DNA from: Eledone cirrhosa
Lineage: Eukaryota
Assembly: GCA_964016885.1 (NCBI GenBank)
Contig: OZ024742.1
Span: forward strand, 378,634,001-378,698,000
Reading direction: 5' to 3'
Length of the DNA stretch: 64,000 nt
Below the pieces are notes generated by a model, which worked only from the letters and a program-made list of their open reading frames with translations, was not told the DNA's origin and did no database searches. The stretch's first letter is position 1; each line of letters starts with the position of its first letter. Below are positions 27,501 to 42,400 of this stretch, piece by piece. Both the position numbers and the translations under genes were made by a program.

Positions 27501-30500
27501 TGGTCAGTTGTAGTCTATTGTAGCACTGAGCAGACTATTGTATTAATGTTGTGGTCAATTGTAGTCTATTGTAGCACTGAGCAGTCTATTGTATTAGTGT
27601 TGTGGTCATTTGTAGCTCTATAGTAGCACTGAGCAGTCTATTGTATTAATGTTGTGGTCAGTTGTAGTCTATTGTAGCACTGAGCAGTCTATTGTATTAA
27701 TGTTGTGGTCATTTGTAGTCTATTGTAGCACCGAGCAGTCTATTGTGTTAATGTGGTGGTCATTTGTAGCTCTATTGTAGCACTGAGCAGTCTATTGTAT
27801 TAATGTTGTGGTCATTTGTAGTCTATTGTAGCACTGAGCAGTCTATTGTATTAATGTTGTGGTGATTTGTAGTCTAGTGTAGCACTGAGCAGTCTATTGT
27901 ATTAATGTTATGGTCATTTGTAGTCTATTGTAGCACTGAGCAGTCTATTGTATTAATGTTGTGGTCATTTGTAGTCTATTGTAGCACTGAGCAGTCTATT
28001 GTATTAATGTCGTGGTCATTTGAAGTCTATTGTAGCACTGAGCAGTCTATTGTGTTAATGTTGTGGACATTTGTAGCTCTATTGTAGCACTGAGCAGTCT
28101 ATTGTATTAATGTTGTGGCCATTTGTAGTCTATTGTAGCACTGAGCAGTCTATCGTATTAATGTTGTGGTCATTTGTAATTTATTGTAGCACTGAGCAGA
28201 CTATTGTATTAATGTTGTGGTCATTTGTAGTCTATTGTAGCACTGAGCAGTCTATTTTATTAATGTTGTGGTCATTTGTATCTCTATTGTAGCACTGAGC
28301 ATTGTATTGTATTAATGTTGTGGTCATTTGTAGTCTATTGTAGCACTGAGCAGTCTATCGTATTAATGTTGTGGTCATTTGTAATTTATTGTAGCACTGA
28401 GCAGACTATTGTATTAATGTTGTGGTCATTTGTAGTCTATTGTAGCACTGAGCAGTCTATTTTATTAATGTTGTGGTCATTTGTATCTCTATTGTAGCAC
28501 TGAGCATTGTATTGTATTAATGTTGTGGTCATTTGTAGTCTATTGTAGCACTGAGCAGTCTATTGTATTAATGTTGTGGTCATTTGTAGCTCTATTGTAG
28601 CACTGAGCAGTCTATTGTATTAATGTTGTGGTCATTTGTAGTCTATTGTAACACTGAGCAGTCTATTGTATTAATGTTGTGGTCAGTTGTAGTCTATTGT
28701 AGCACTGAGCAGACTATTGTATTAATGTTGTGGTCAATTGTAGTCTATTGTAGCACTGAGCAGTCTATTGTATTAGTGTTGTGGTCATTTGTAGCTCTAT
28801 AGTAGCACTGAGCAGTCTATTGTATTAATGTTGTGGTCAGTTGTAGTCTATTGTAGCACTGAGCAGTCTAATGTATTAATGTTGTGGTCATATGTAGTCT
28901 ATTGTAGCACCGAGCAGTCTATTGTGTTAATGTTGTGGTCATTTGTAGCTCTATTGTAGCACTGAGCAGTCTATTGTATTAATGTTGTGGTCATTTGTAG
29001 TATATTGTAGCACTGAGCAGTCTATTGTGTTAATGTTGTGGTCATTTGTAATTTATTGTAGCACTGAGCAGACTACTGTATTAATGTTGTGGTCATTTGT
29101 AGTCTATTGTAGCACTGAGCAGTCTATTTTATTAATGTTGTGGTCATTTGTATCTCTATTGTAGCACTGAGCATTGTATTGTATTAATGTTGTGGTCATT
29201 TGCAGTCTATTGTAGCACTGAGCAGTCTATTGTATTAATGTTGTGGTCATTTGTAGCTCTATTGTAGCACTGAGCAGTCTATTGTATTAATGTTGTGGTC
29301 AGTTGTAGTCTATTGTAGCACTGAGCAGACTATTTTATTAATGTTGTGGTCAATTGTAGTCTATTGTAGCACTGAGCAGTCTATTGTATTAGTGTTGTGG
29401 TCATTTGTAGCTCTATAGTAGCACTGAGCAGTCTATTGTATTAATGTTGTGGTCAGTTGTAGTCTATTGTAGCACTTAGCAGTCTATTGTATTAATGTTG
29501 TGGTCATTTGTAGTCTATTGTAGCACCGAGCAGTCTATTGTGTTAATGTTGTGGTCATTTGTAGCTCTATTGTAGCACTGAGCAGTCTATTGTATTAATG
29601 TTGTGGTCATTTGTAGTCTATTGTAGCACTGAGCAGTCTATTGTATTAATGTTGTGGTGATTTGTAGTCTAGTGTAGCACTGAGCAGTCTATTGTATTAA
29701 TGTTATGGTCATTTGTAGTCTATTGTAGCACTGAGCAGTCTATTGTATTAATGTTGTGGTCATTTGTATCTCTATTGTACCACTGAGCATTGTATTTTAT
29801 TAATGTTGTGGTCATTTGTAGTCTATTGTAGCACTGAGCAGTCTATTGTATTAATGTTGTGGTCATTTGTAGCTCTATTGTAGCACTGAGCAGTCTATTG
29901 TATTAATGTTGTGGTCATTTGTAGTCTATTGTAACACTGAGCAGTCTATTGTATTAATGTTGTGGTCAGTTGTAGTCTATTGTAGCACTGAGCAGACTAT
30001 TGTATTAATGTTGTGGTCAATTGTAGTCTATTGTAGCACTGAGCAGTCTATTGTATTAGTGTTGTGGTCATTTGTAGCTCTATAGTAGCACTGAGCAGTC
30101 TATTGTATTAATGTTGTGGTCAGTTGTAGTCTATTGTAGCACTGAGCAGTCTATTGTATTAATGTTGTGGTCATTTGTAGTCTATTGTAGCACCGAGCAG
30201 TCTATTGTGTTAATGTTGTGGTCATTTGTAGCTCTATTGTAGCACTGAGCAGTCTATTGTATTAATGTTGTGGTCATTTGTAGTCTAGTGTAGCACTGAG
30301 CAGTCTATTGTATTAATGTTGTGGTCATTTGTAGTCTATTGTAGCACTGAGCAGTCTATTGTATTAATGTTGTGGTCATTTGTAGCTCTATTGTAGCACT
30401 GAGCAGTCTATTGTATTAATGTTGTGGTCATTTGTAGTCTATTGTAACACTGAGCAGTCTAATGTATTAATGTTGTGGTCAGTTGTAGTCTATTGTAGCA

Positions 30501-33412
30501 CTGAGCAGACTATTGTATTAATGTTGTGGTCAATTGTAGTCTATTGTAGCACTGAGCAGTCTATTGTATTAGTGTTGTGGTCATTTGTAGCTCTATAGCA
30601 GCACTGAGCAGTCTATTGTATTAATGTTGTGGTCAGTTGTAGTCTATTGTAGCACTGAGCAGTCTATTGTATTAATGTTGTGGTGATTTGTAGTCTATTG
30701 TAGCACCGAGCAGTCTATTGTATTAATGTTGTGGTCATTTGTAGTCTATTGTAGCACTGAGCAGTCTATTGTATTAATGTTGTGGTCATTTGTAGGTCTA
30801 TTGTAGCACTGAGCAGTCTATTGTATTAATATTGTGGTCATTTGTAGTCTATTGTAGCACTGATCAGTCTATTGTATTAATGTTGTGGTCATTTGTAGTC
30901 TATGTGGTCATTTGTAGTCTATTGTAGCACTGAGCAGTCTATTGTATTAATGTTGTGGTCATTTGTAGCTCTATTGTAGCACTGAGCAGTCTATTGTATT
31001 AATGCTGTGGTCAGTTGTAGTCTATTGTAGCACTGAGCAGACTATTGTATTAATGTTGTGGTCAATTGTAGTCTATTGTAGCACTGAGCAGTCTATTGTA
31101 TTAGTGTTGTGGTCATTTGTAGCTCTATATTAGCACTGAGCAGTCTATTGTATTAATGTTGTGGTCAGTTGTAGTCTATTGTAGCACCGAGCAGTCTATT
31201 GTGTTAATGTTGTGGTCATTTGTAGCTCTATTGTAGCACTGAGCAGTCTATTGTATTAATGTTGTGGTCATTTGTAGTCTATTGTAGCACTGAGCAGTCT
31301 ATTGTATTAATGTTGTGGTGATTTGTAGTCTAGTGTAGCACTGAGCAGTCTATTGTATTAATGTTATGGTCATTTGTAGTCTATTGTAGCACTGAGCAGT
31401 CTATTGTATTAATGTTGTGGTCATTTGTAGTCTATTGTAGCACTGAGCAGTCTATTGTATTAATGTTGTGGTCATTTGTAGTCTATTGTAGCACTGGGCA
31501 TTCTATTGTATTAATGTTGTGGTCATTTGTAGCTCTATTGTAGCACTGAGCAGTCTATTATATTAATGTTGTGGTCATTTGTAGTCTATTGTAGCACTGA
31601 GCAGTCTATTGTATTAGTGTTGTGGTCATTTGTAGCTCAATTGTAGCACTGAGCAGTCTATTGTATTAATGTTGTGGTCAGTTGTAGTCTATTGTAGCAC
31701 TGAGCAGTCTATTGTATTAATGTTGTTGTCATTTGTAGCTCTATTGTAGCACTGAGCAGTCTATTGTATTAATGGTGTGGTCATTTGTAGCTCTATTGTA
31801 GCAATGAGCATTGTATTGTATTAATGTTGTCGTCATTTGTAGTCTATCGTAGCACTGAGCAGTCTATTGTATTAATGTTGTGGTCATTTGTAGCTCTATT
31901 ATAGCACTGAGCAGTCTATTGTATTAATGTTGTGGTCATTTGTAGCTCTATTGTAGCACTGAGCAGTCTATTGTATTAATGTTGTGGTCATTTGTAGTCT
32001 ATTGTAGCACTGAGCAGTCTATTGTATTAATGTTGTGGTCATTTGTAATTTATTGTAGCACTGAGCAGACTATTGTATTAATGTTGTGGTCATTTGTAGT
32101 CTATTGTAGCACTGAGCAGTCTATTTTATTAATGTTGTGGTCATTTGTATCTCTATCGTAGCACTGAGCATTGTATTGTATTAATGTTGTGGTCATTTGT
32201 AGTCTATTGTAGCACTGAGCAGTCTATTGTATTAATGTTGTGGTCATTTGTAGCTCTATTGTAGCACTGAGCAGTCTATTGTATTAATGTTGTGGTCATT
32301 TGTAGTCTATTGTAACACTGAGCAGTCTATTGTATTAATGTTGTGGTCAGTTGTAGTCTATTGTAGCACTGAGCAGACTATTGTATTAATGTTGTGGTCA
32401 ATTGTAGTCTATTGTAGCACTGAGCAGTCTATTGTATTAGTGTTGTGGTCATTTGTAGCTCTATTGTAGCACTGAGCAGTCTATTATATTAATGTTGTGG
32501 TCATTTGTAGTCTATTGTAGCACTGAGCAGTCTATTGTATTAGTGTTGTGGTCATTTGTAGCTCTATTGTAGCACTGAGCAGTCTATTGTATTAATGTTG
32601 TGGTCAGTTGTAGTCTATTGTAGCACTGAGCAGTCTATTGTATTAATGTTGTTGTCATTTGTAGCTCTATTGTAGCACTGAGCAGTCTATTGTATTAATG
32701 TTGTGGTCATTTGTAGCTCTATTGTAGCAATGAGCATTGTATTGTATTAATGTTGTGGTCATTTGTAGTCTATCGTAGCACTGAGCAGTCTATTGTATTA
32801 ATGTTGTGGTCATTTGTAGCTCTATTATAGCACTGAGCAGTCTATTGTATTAATGTTGTGGTCATTTGTAGCTCTATTGTAGCACTGAGCAGTCTATTGT
32901 ATTAATGTTGTGGTCATTTGTAGTCTATTGTAGCACTGAGCAGTCTATTGTATTAATGTTGTGGTCATTTGTAATTTATTGTAGCACTGAGCAGACTATT
33001 GTATTAATGTTGTGGTCATTTGTAGTCTATTGTAGCACTGAGCAGTCTATTTTATTAATGTTGTGGTCATTTGTAGCTCTATAGTAGCACTGAGCAGTCT
33101 ATTGTATTAATGTTGTGGTCAGTTGTAGTCTATTGTAGCACTGAGCAGTCTATTGTATTAATGTTGTGGTCATTTGTAGTCTATTGTAGCACCGAGCAGT
33201 CTATTGTGTTAATGTTGTGGTCATTTGTAGCTCTATTGTAGCACTGAGCAGTCTATTGTATTAATGTTGTGGTCATTTGTAGTCTATTGTAGCACTGAGC
33301 AGTCTATTGTATTAATGTTGTGGTGATTTGTAGTCTATTGTAGCACTGAGCAGTCTATTGTATTAATGTTGTGGTCATTTGTAGTCTATTGTAGCACTGA
33401 GCAGTCTATTGT
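21261..33412. repeat. Tandem segmental duplication: ~21261-27182 and ~27183-33412 (offset 5922, then 6230 after a 308-bp, 6-monomer indel at ~29213-29520)
   Basis: Shared private variants ATTGTCTTAA, CATATGTAG, GACTACTG, TTTGCAGTC, GCTCAATT, AATGGTGTGG. ORF pairs 21983/27905, 23060/28982, 25131/31361 and 26057/32287. Confidence 0.93.
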
Positions 33413-36400
33413 ATTAATGTTGTGGTGATTTGTAGTCTAGTGTAGCACTGAGCAGTCTATTGTATTAATGTTATGGTCATTTGTAGTCTATTGTAGCACT
33501 GAGCAGTCTATTGTATTAATGTTGTGGTCATTTGTAGTCTATTGTAGCACTGAGCAGTCTATTGTATTAATGTTGTGGTCATTTGTAGTCTATTGTAGCA
33601 CTGGGCATTCTATTGTATTAGTGTTGTGGTCATTTGTAGCTCTATTGTAGCACTGAGCAGTCTATTGTATTAATGTTGTGGTCAGTTGTAGTCTATTGTA
33701 GCACTGAGCAGTCTATTGTATTAATGTTGTTGTCATTTGTAGCTCTATTGTAGCACTGAGCAGTCTATTGTATTAATGTTGTGGTCATTTGTAGCTCTAT
33801 TGTAGCAATGAGCATTGTATTGTATTAATGTTGTGGTCATTTGTAGTCTATCGTAGCACTGAGCAGTCTATTGTATTAATGTTGTGGTCATTTGTAGCTC
33901 TATTGTAGCACTGAGCAGTCTATTGTATTAATGTTGTGGTCGTTTGTAGTCTATTGTAGAACTGAGCAGTCTATTGTATTAATGTTGTGATCATTTGTAG
34001 TCTATTGTAGCACTGAGCAGTCTATTTTATTAATGTTGTGTTCATTTGTAGCTCTATTGTAGCACTGAGCAGTCTATTGTATTAATGTTGTGGTCAGTTG
34101 TATTCTATTGTAGCACTGAGCAGACTATTGTATTAATGTTGTGGTCAATTGTAGTCTATTGTAGCACTGAGCAGTCTATTGTATTAGTGTTGTGGTCATT
34201 AGTAGCTCTATAGTAGCACTAAGCAGTCTATTGTATTAATGTTGTGGTCAGTTGTAGTCTATTGTAGCACTGAGCAGTCTATTGTATTAATGTTGTGGTC
34301 ATTTGTAGTCTATTGTAGCACTGAATAGACTATTTTATTAATGTTGTGGTCATTTGTAGTCTATTGTAGCACTGGGCAGTCTATTTTATTAATGTTGTTG
34401 TCATTTGTAGCTCTATTGTAGCACTGAGCATTGTATTGTATTAATGTTGTGGACATTTGTAGTCTATTGTAGCACTGAGCAGTCTATTGTATTAATGTCA
34501 TGGTCATTTGAATTCTATTGTAGCACTGAGCAGTCTATTGTATTAATGTTGTGGACATTTGTAGCTCTATTGTAGCACTGAGCAGTCTATTGTATTAATG
34601 TTGTGGCCATTTGTAGTCTATTGTAGCACTGAGCAGTCTATTGTATTAATGTTGTGGTCATTTGTAGTCTATTGTAGCACTGAGCAGTCTATTGTATTAA
34701 TGTTGTGTTCATTTGTAGTCTATTGTATCACTGAGCAGTCTATTGTATTAATGTTGTCGTCATTTGTAGTCTATTGTAGCACTGAGCAGTCTATTGTATT
34801 AATGTTGTGGTCATGTGTAGTCTATTGTAGCACTGAGCAGTCTATTATATTAATGTTGTGGTCATTTGTAGTCTATTGTAGCACTGAGCAGTCTATTGTA
34901 TTAGTTTTGTGGTCATTTGTAGCTCTATTGTAGCACTGAGCAGTCTATTGTATTAATGTTGTGGTCAGTTGTAGTCTATTGTAGCACTGAGCAGTCTATT
35001 GTATTAATGTTGTGGTCATTTGTAGCCCTATTGTAGCAATGAGCATTGTATTGTATTAATGTTGTGGTCATTTGTAGTCTATCGTAGCACTGAGCAGTCT
35101 ATTGTATTAATGTTGTGGTCATTTGTAGCTCTATTGTAGCACTGAGCAGTCTATTGTATTAATGTTGTGGTCATTTGTAGCTCTATTGTAGCACTGAGCA
35201 GAATATTGTATTAATGTTGTGGTCATTTGTAGTCTATTGTAGCACTGAGCAGTCTATTGTATTAATGTTGTGGTCATTTGTAATTTATTGTAGCACTGAG
35301 CAGACTATTGTATTAATGTTGTGGTCATTTGTAGTCTATTGTAGCACTGAGCAGTCTATTTTATTAATGTTGTGGTCATTTGTATCTCTATTGTAGCACT
35401 GAGCATTGTATTGTATTAATGTTGTGGACATTTGTAGTCTATTGTAGCACTGAGCAGTCTATTATATTAATGTTGTGGTCATTTGTTGTCTATTGTAGCA
35501 CTGAGCAGTCTATTGTATTAATGTTGTGGTCATTTGTAGTCTAATGTAGCACTGAGCAGTCTATTGTATTAATGTTGTGGTCATTTGTAGCTCTATTGTA
35601 GCACTGAGCAGTCTATTGTATTAATGTTGTGTTCATTTGTTGTCTATTGTAGCACTGAGCTGTCTATTGTATTAATATTGTGGTCATTTGTAGTGTAATG
35701 TAGCACTGAGCAGTCTATTGTATTAATGCTGTGGACATTTGTAGTCTATTGTAGCACTGAGCAGTCTATTGTATTAATATTGTGGTCATTTGTAGTCTAT
35801 TGTAGCAATGAGCAGTCTATTGTATTAATGTTGTGGTCATTTGTAGTCTATTGTAGCACTGAGCATTGTATTGTATTAATGTTGTGGTCATTTGTAGTCT
35901 ATCGTAGCACTGAGCAGTCTATTGTATTAATGTTGTGGTCATTTGTAGCTCTATTATAGCACTGAGCAGTCTATTGTATTAATGTTGTGGTCATTTGTAG
36001 CTCTATTGTAGCACTGAGCAGTCTATTGTATTAATGTTGTGGTCATTTGTAGTCTATTGTAGCACTGAGCAGTCTATTGTATTAATGTTGTGGTCATTTG
36101 TAATTTATTGTAGCACTGAGCAGACTATTGTATTAATGTTGTGGTCATTTGTAGTCTATTGTAGCACTGAGCAGTCTATTTTATTAATGTTGTGGTCATT
36201 TGTATCTCTATTGTAGCACTGAGCATTGTATTGTATTAATGTTGTGGTCATTTGTAGCTCTATTGTAGCACTGAGCAGTCTATTGTATTAATGTTGTGGT
36301 CATTTGTAGCTCTATTGTAGCACTGAGCAGTCTATTGTATTAATGTTGTGGTCATTTGTAGTCTATTGTAACACTGAGCAGTCTATTGTATTAATGTTGT

Positions 36401-39400
36401 GGTCAATTGTAGTCTATTGTAGCACTGAGCAGACTATTGTATTAATGTTGTGGTCAATTGTAGTCTATTGTAGCACTGAGCAGTCTATTGTATTAGTGTT
36501 GTGGTCATTTGTAGCTCTATAGTAGCACTGAGCAGTCTATTGTATTAATGTTGTGGTCAGTTGTAGTCTATTGTAGCACTGAGCAGTCTATTGTATTAAT
36601 GTTGTGGTCATTTGTAGTCTATTGTAGCACCGAGCAGTCTATTGTGTTAATGTTGTGGTCATTTGTAGCTCTATTGTAGCACTGAGCAGTCTATTGTATT
36701 AATGTTGTGGTCATTTGTAGTCTATTGTAGCACTGAGCCGTCTATTGTATTAATGTTGTGGTGATTTGTAGTCTAGTGTAGCACTGAGCAGTCTATTGTA
36801 TTAATGTTATGGTCATTTGTAGTCTATTGTAGCACTGAGCAGTCTATTGTATTAATGTTGTGGTCATTTGTAGTCTATTGTAGCACTGAGCAGTCTATTG
36901 TATTAATGTTGTGGTCATTTGTAGTCTATTGTAGCACTGGGCATTCTATTGTATTAGTGTTGTGGTCATTTGTAGCTCTATTGTAGCACTGAGCAGTCTA
37001 TTGTATTAATGTTGTGGTCAGTTGTAGTCTATTGTAGCACTGAGCAGTCTTTGTATTAATGTTGTTGTCATTTGTAGCTCTATTGTAGCACTGAGCAGAG
37101 CAGTCTATTGTATTAATGTTGTGGTCATTTGTAGCTCTATTGTAGCAATGAGCATTGTATTGTATTAATGTTGTGGTCATTTGTAGTCTATCATAGCACT
37201 GAGCAGTCTATTGTATTAATGTTGTGGTCATTTGTAGCTCTATTGTAGCACTGAGCAGTCTATTGTATTAATGTTGTGGTCGTTTGTAGTCTATTGTAGA
37301 ACTGAGCAGTCTATTGTATTAATGTTGTGATCATTTGTAGTCTATTGTAGCACTGAGCAGTCTATTTTATTAATGTTGTGTTCATTTGTAGCTCTATTGT
37401 AGCACTGAGCAGTCTATTGTATTAATGTTGTGGTCAGTTGTATTCTATTGTAGCACTGAGCAGACTATTGTATTAATGTTGTGGTCAATTGTAGTCTATG
37501 GTAGCACTGAGCAGTCTATTGTATTAGTGTTGTGGTCATTAGTAGCTCTATAGTAGCACTAAGCAGTCTATTGTATTAATGTTGTGGTCAGTTGTAGTCT
37601 ATTGTAGCACTGAGCAGTCTATTGTATTAATGTTGTGGTCATTTGTAGTCTATTGTAGCACTGAGCAGACTATTGTATTAATGTTGTGGTCATTTGTAGT
37701 CTATTGTAGCACTGGGCAGTCTATTTTATTAATGTTGTTGTCATTTGTAGTCTATTGTAGCACTGAGCAGTCTATTGTATTAGTGTTGTGGTCATTTGTA
37801 GCTCTATTGTAGCACTGAGCAGTCTATTGTATTAATGTTGTGGTCAGTTGTAGTCTATTGTAGCACTGAGCAGTCTATTGTATTAATGTTGTTGTCATTT
37901 GTAGCTCTATTGTAGCACTGAGCAGTCTATTGTATTAATGTTGTGGTCATTTGTAGCTCTATTGTAGCAATGAGCATTGTATTGTATTAATGTTGTGGTC
38001 ATTTGTAGTCTATCGTAGCACTGAGCAGTCTATTGTATTAATGTTGTGGTCATTTGTAGCTCTATTATAGCACTGAGCAGTCTATTGTATTAATGTTGTG
38101 GTCATTTGTAGCTCTATTGTAGCACTGAGCAGTCTATTGTATTAATGTTGTGGTCATTTGTAGTCTATTGTAGCACTGAGCAGTCTATTGTATTAATGTT
38201 GTGGTCATTTGTAATTTATTGTAGCACTGAGCAGACTATTGTATTAATGTTGTGGTCATTTGTAGTCTATTGTAGCACTGAGCAGTCTATTTTATTAATG
38301 TTGTGGTCATTTGTAGCTCTATAGTAGCACTGAGCAGTCTATTGTATTAATGTTGTGGTCAGTTGTAGTCTATTGTAGCACTGAGCAGTCTATTGTATTA
38401 ATGTTGTGGTCATTTGTAGTCTATTGTAGCACCGAGCAGTCTATTGTGTTAATGTTGTGGTCATTTGTAGCTCTATTGTAGCACTGAGCAGTCTATTGTA
38501 TTAATGTTGTGGTCATTTGTAGTCTATTGTAGCACTGAGCAGTCTATTGTATTAATGTTGTGGTGATTTGTAGTCTATTGTAGCACTGAGCAGTCTATTG
38601 TATTAATGTTGTGGTCATTTGTAGTCTATTGTAGCACTGAGCAGTCTATTGTATTAATGTTGTGGTGATTTGTAGTCTAGTGTAGCACTGAGCAGTCTAT
38701 TGTATTAATGTTATGGTCATTTGTAGTCTATTGTAGCACTGAGCAGTCTATTGTATTAATGTTGTGGTCATTTGTAGTCTATTGTAGCACTGAGCAGTCT
38801 ATTGTATTAATGTTGTGGTCATTTGTAGTCTATTGTAGCACTGGGCATTCTATTGTATTAGTGTTGTGGTCATTTGTAGCTCTATTGTAGCACTGAGCAG
38901 TCTATTGTATTAATGTTGTGGTCAGTTGTAGTCTATTGTAGCACTGAGCAGTCTATTGTATTAATGTTGTTGTCATTTGTAGCTCTATTGTAGCACTGAG
39001 CAGTCTATTGTATTAATGTTGTGGTCATTTGTAGCTCTATTGTAGCAATGAGCATTGTATTGTATTAATGTTGTGGTCATTTGTAGTCTATCGTAGCACT
39101 GAGCAGTCTATTGTATTAATGTTGTGGTCATTTGTAGCTCTATTGTAGCACTGAGCAGTCTATTGTATTAATGTTGTGGTCGTTTGTAGTCTATTGTAGA
39201 ACTGAGCAGTCTATTGTATTAATGTTGTGATCATTTGTAGTCTATTGTAGCACTGAGCAGTCTATTTTATTAATGTTGTGTTCATTTGTAGCTCTATTGT
39301 AGCACTGAGCAGTGTATTGTATTAATGTTGTGGTCAGTTGTATTCTATTGTAGCACTGAGCAGTCTATTGTATTAATGTTGTGGTCATTTGTAGTCTATT

Positions 39401-42400
39401 GTAGCACTGAGCAGTCTATTGTATTAATGTTGTGGACATTTGTAGCTCTATTGTAGCACTGAGCAGTCTATTGTATTAATGTTGTGGCCATTTGTAGTCT
39501 ATTGTAGCACTGAGCAGTCTATTGTATTAATGTTGTCGTCATTTGTAGTCTATTGTAGCACTGAGCAGTCTATTGTATTAATGTTGTGGTCATGTGTAGT
39601 CTATTGTAGCACTGAGCAGTCTATTATATTAATGTTGTGGTCATTTGTAGTCTATTGTAGCACTGAGCAGTCTATTGTATTAGTTTTGTGGTCATTTGTA
39701 GCTCTATTGTAGCACTGAGCAGTCTATTGTATTAATGTTGTGGTCAGTTGTAGTCTATTGTAGCACTGAGCAGTCTATTGTATTAGTGTTGTGGTCATTA
39801 GTAGCTCTATAGTAGCACTAAGCAGTCTATTGTATTAATGTTGTGGTCAGTTGTAGTCTATTGTAGCACTGAGCAGTCTATTGTATTAATGTTGTGGTCA
39901 TTTGTAGTCTATTGTAGCACTGAGCAGACTATTTTATTAATGTTGTGGTCATTTGTAGTCTATTGTAGCACTGGGCAGTCTATTTTATTAATGTTGTTGT
40001 CATTTGTAGCTCTATTGTAGCACTGAGCATTGTATTGTATTAATGTTGTGGACATTTGTAGTCTATTGTAGCACTGAGCAGTCTATTGTATTAATGTCAT
40101 GGTCATTTGAATTCTATTGTAGCACTGAGCAGTCTATTGTATTAATGTTGTGGACATTTGTAGCTCTATTGTAGCACTGAGCAGTCTATTGTATTAATGT
40201 TGTGGCCATTTGTAGTCTATTGTAGCACTGAGCAGTCTATTGTATTAATGTTGTGGTCATTTGTAGTCTATTGTAGCACTGAGCAGTCTATTGTATTAAT
40301 GTTGTGTTCATTTGTAGTCTATTGTATCACTGAGCAGTCTATTGTATTAATGTTGTCGTCATTTGTAGTCTATTGTAGCACTGAGCAGTCTATTGTATTA
40401 ATGTTGTGGTCATGTGTAGTCTATTGTAGCACTGAGCAGTCTATTATATTAATGTTGTGGTCATTTGTAGTCTATTGTAGCACTGAGCAGTCTATTGTAT
40501 TAGTTTTGTGGTCATTTGTAGCTCTATTGTAGCACTGAGCAGTCTATTGTATTAATGTTGTGGTCAGTTGTAGTCTATTGTAGCACTGAGCAGTCTATTG
40601 TATTAATGTTGTGGTCATTTGTAGCCCTATTGTAGCAATGAGCATTGTATTGTATTAATGTTGTGGTCATTTGTAGTCTATCGTAGCACTGAGCAGTCTA
40701 TTGTATTAATGTTGTGGTCATTTGTAGCTCTATTGTAGCACTGAGCAGTCTATTGTATTAATGTTGTGGTCATTTGTAGCTCTATTGTAGCACTGAGCAG
40801 AATATTGTATTAATGTTGTGGTCATTTGTAGTCTATTGTAGCACTGAGCAGTCTATTGTATTAATGTTGTGGTCATTTGTAATTTATTGTAGCACTGAGC
40901 AGACTATTGTATTAATGTTGTGGTCATTTGTAGTCTATTGTAGCACTGAGCAGTCTATTTTATTAATGTTGTGGTCATTTGTATCTCTATTGTAGCACTG
41001 AGCATTGTATTGTATTAATGTTGTGGACATTTGTAGTCTATTGTAGCACTGAGCAGTCTATTATATTAATGTTGTGGTCATTTGTTGTCTATTGTAGCAC
41101 TGAGCAGTCTATTGTATTAATGTTGTGGTCATTTGTAGTCTAATGTAGCACTGAGCAGTCTATTGTATTAATGTTGTGGTCATTTGTAGCTCTATTGTAG
41201 CACTGAGCAGTCTATTGTATTAATGTTGTGTTCATTTGTTGTCTATTGTAGCACTGAGCTGTCTATTGTATTAATATTGTGGTCATTTGTAGTGTAATGT
41301 AGCACTGAGCAGTCTATTGTATTAATGCTGTGGACATTTGTAGTCTATTGTAGCACTGAGCAGTCTATTGTATTAATATTGTGGTCATTTGTAGTCTATT
41401 GTAGCAATGAGCAGTCTATTGTATTAATGTTGTGGTCATTTGTAGTCTATTGTAGCACTGAGCATTGTATTGTATTAATGTTGTGGTCATTTGTAGTCTA
41501 TCGTAGCACTGAGCAGTCTATTGTATTAATGTTGTGGTCATTTGTAGCTCTATTATAGCACTGAGCAGTCTATTGTATTAATGTTGTGGTCATTTGTAGC
41601 TCTATTGTAGCACTGAGCAGTCTATTGTATTAATGTTGTGGTCATTTGTAGTCTATTGTAGCACTGAGCAGTCTATTGTATTAATGTTGTGGTCATTTGT
41701 AATTTATTGTAGCACTGAGCAGACTATTGTATTAATGTTGTGGTCATTTGTAGTCTATTGTAGCACTGAGCAGTCTATTTTATTAATGTTGTGGTCATTT
41801 GTATCTCTATTGTAGCACTGAGCATTGTATTGTATTAATGTTGTGGTCATTTGTAGCTCTATTGTAGCACTGAGCAGTCTATTGTATTAATGTTGTGGTC
41901 ATTTGTAGCTCTATTGTAGCACTGAGCAGTCTATTGTATTAATGTTGTGGTCATTTGTAGTCTATTGTAACACTGAGCAGTCTATTGTATTAATGTTGTG
42001 GTCAATTGTAGTCTATTGTAGCACTGAGCAGACTATTGTATTAATGTTGTGGTCAATTGTAGTCTATTGTAGCACTGAGCAGTCTATTGTATTAGTGTTG
42101 TGGTCATTTGTAGCTCTATAGTAGCACTGAGCAGTCTATTGTATTAATGTTGTGGTCAGTTGTAGTCTATTGTAGCACTGAGCAGTCTATTGTATTAATG
42201 TTGTGGTCATTTGTAGTCTATTGTAGCACCGAGCAGTCTATTGTGTTAATGTTGTGGTCATTTGTAGCTCTATTGTAGCACTGAGCAGTCTATTGTATTA
42301 ATGTTGTGGTCATTTGTAGTCTATTGTAGCACTGAGCCGTCTATTGTATTAATGTTGTGGTGATTTGTAGTCTAGTGTAGCACTGAGCAGTCTATTGTAT

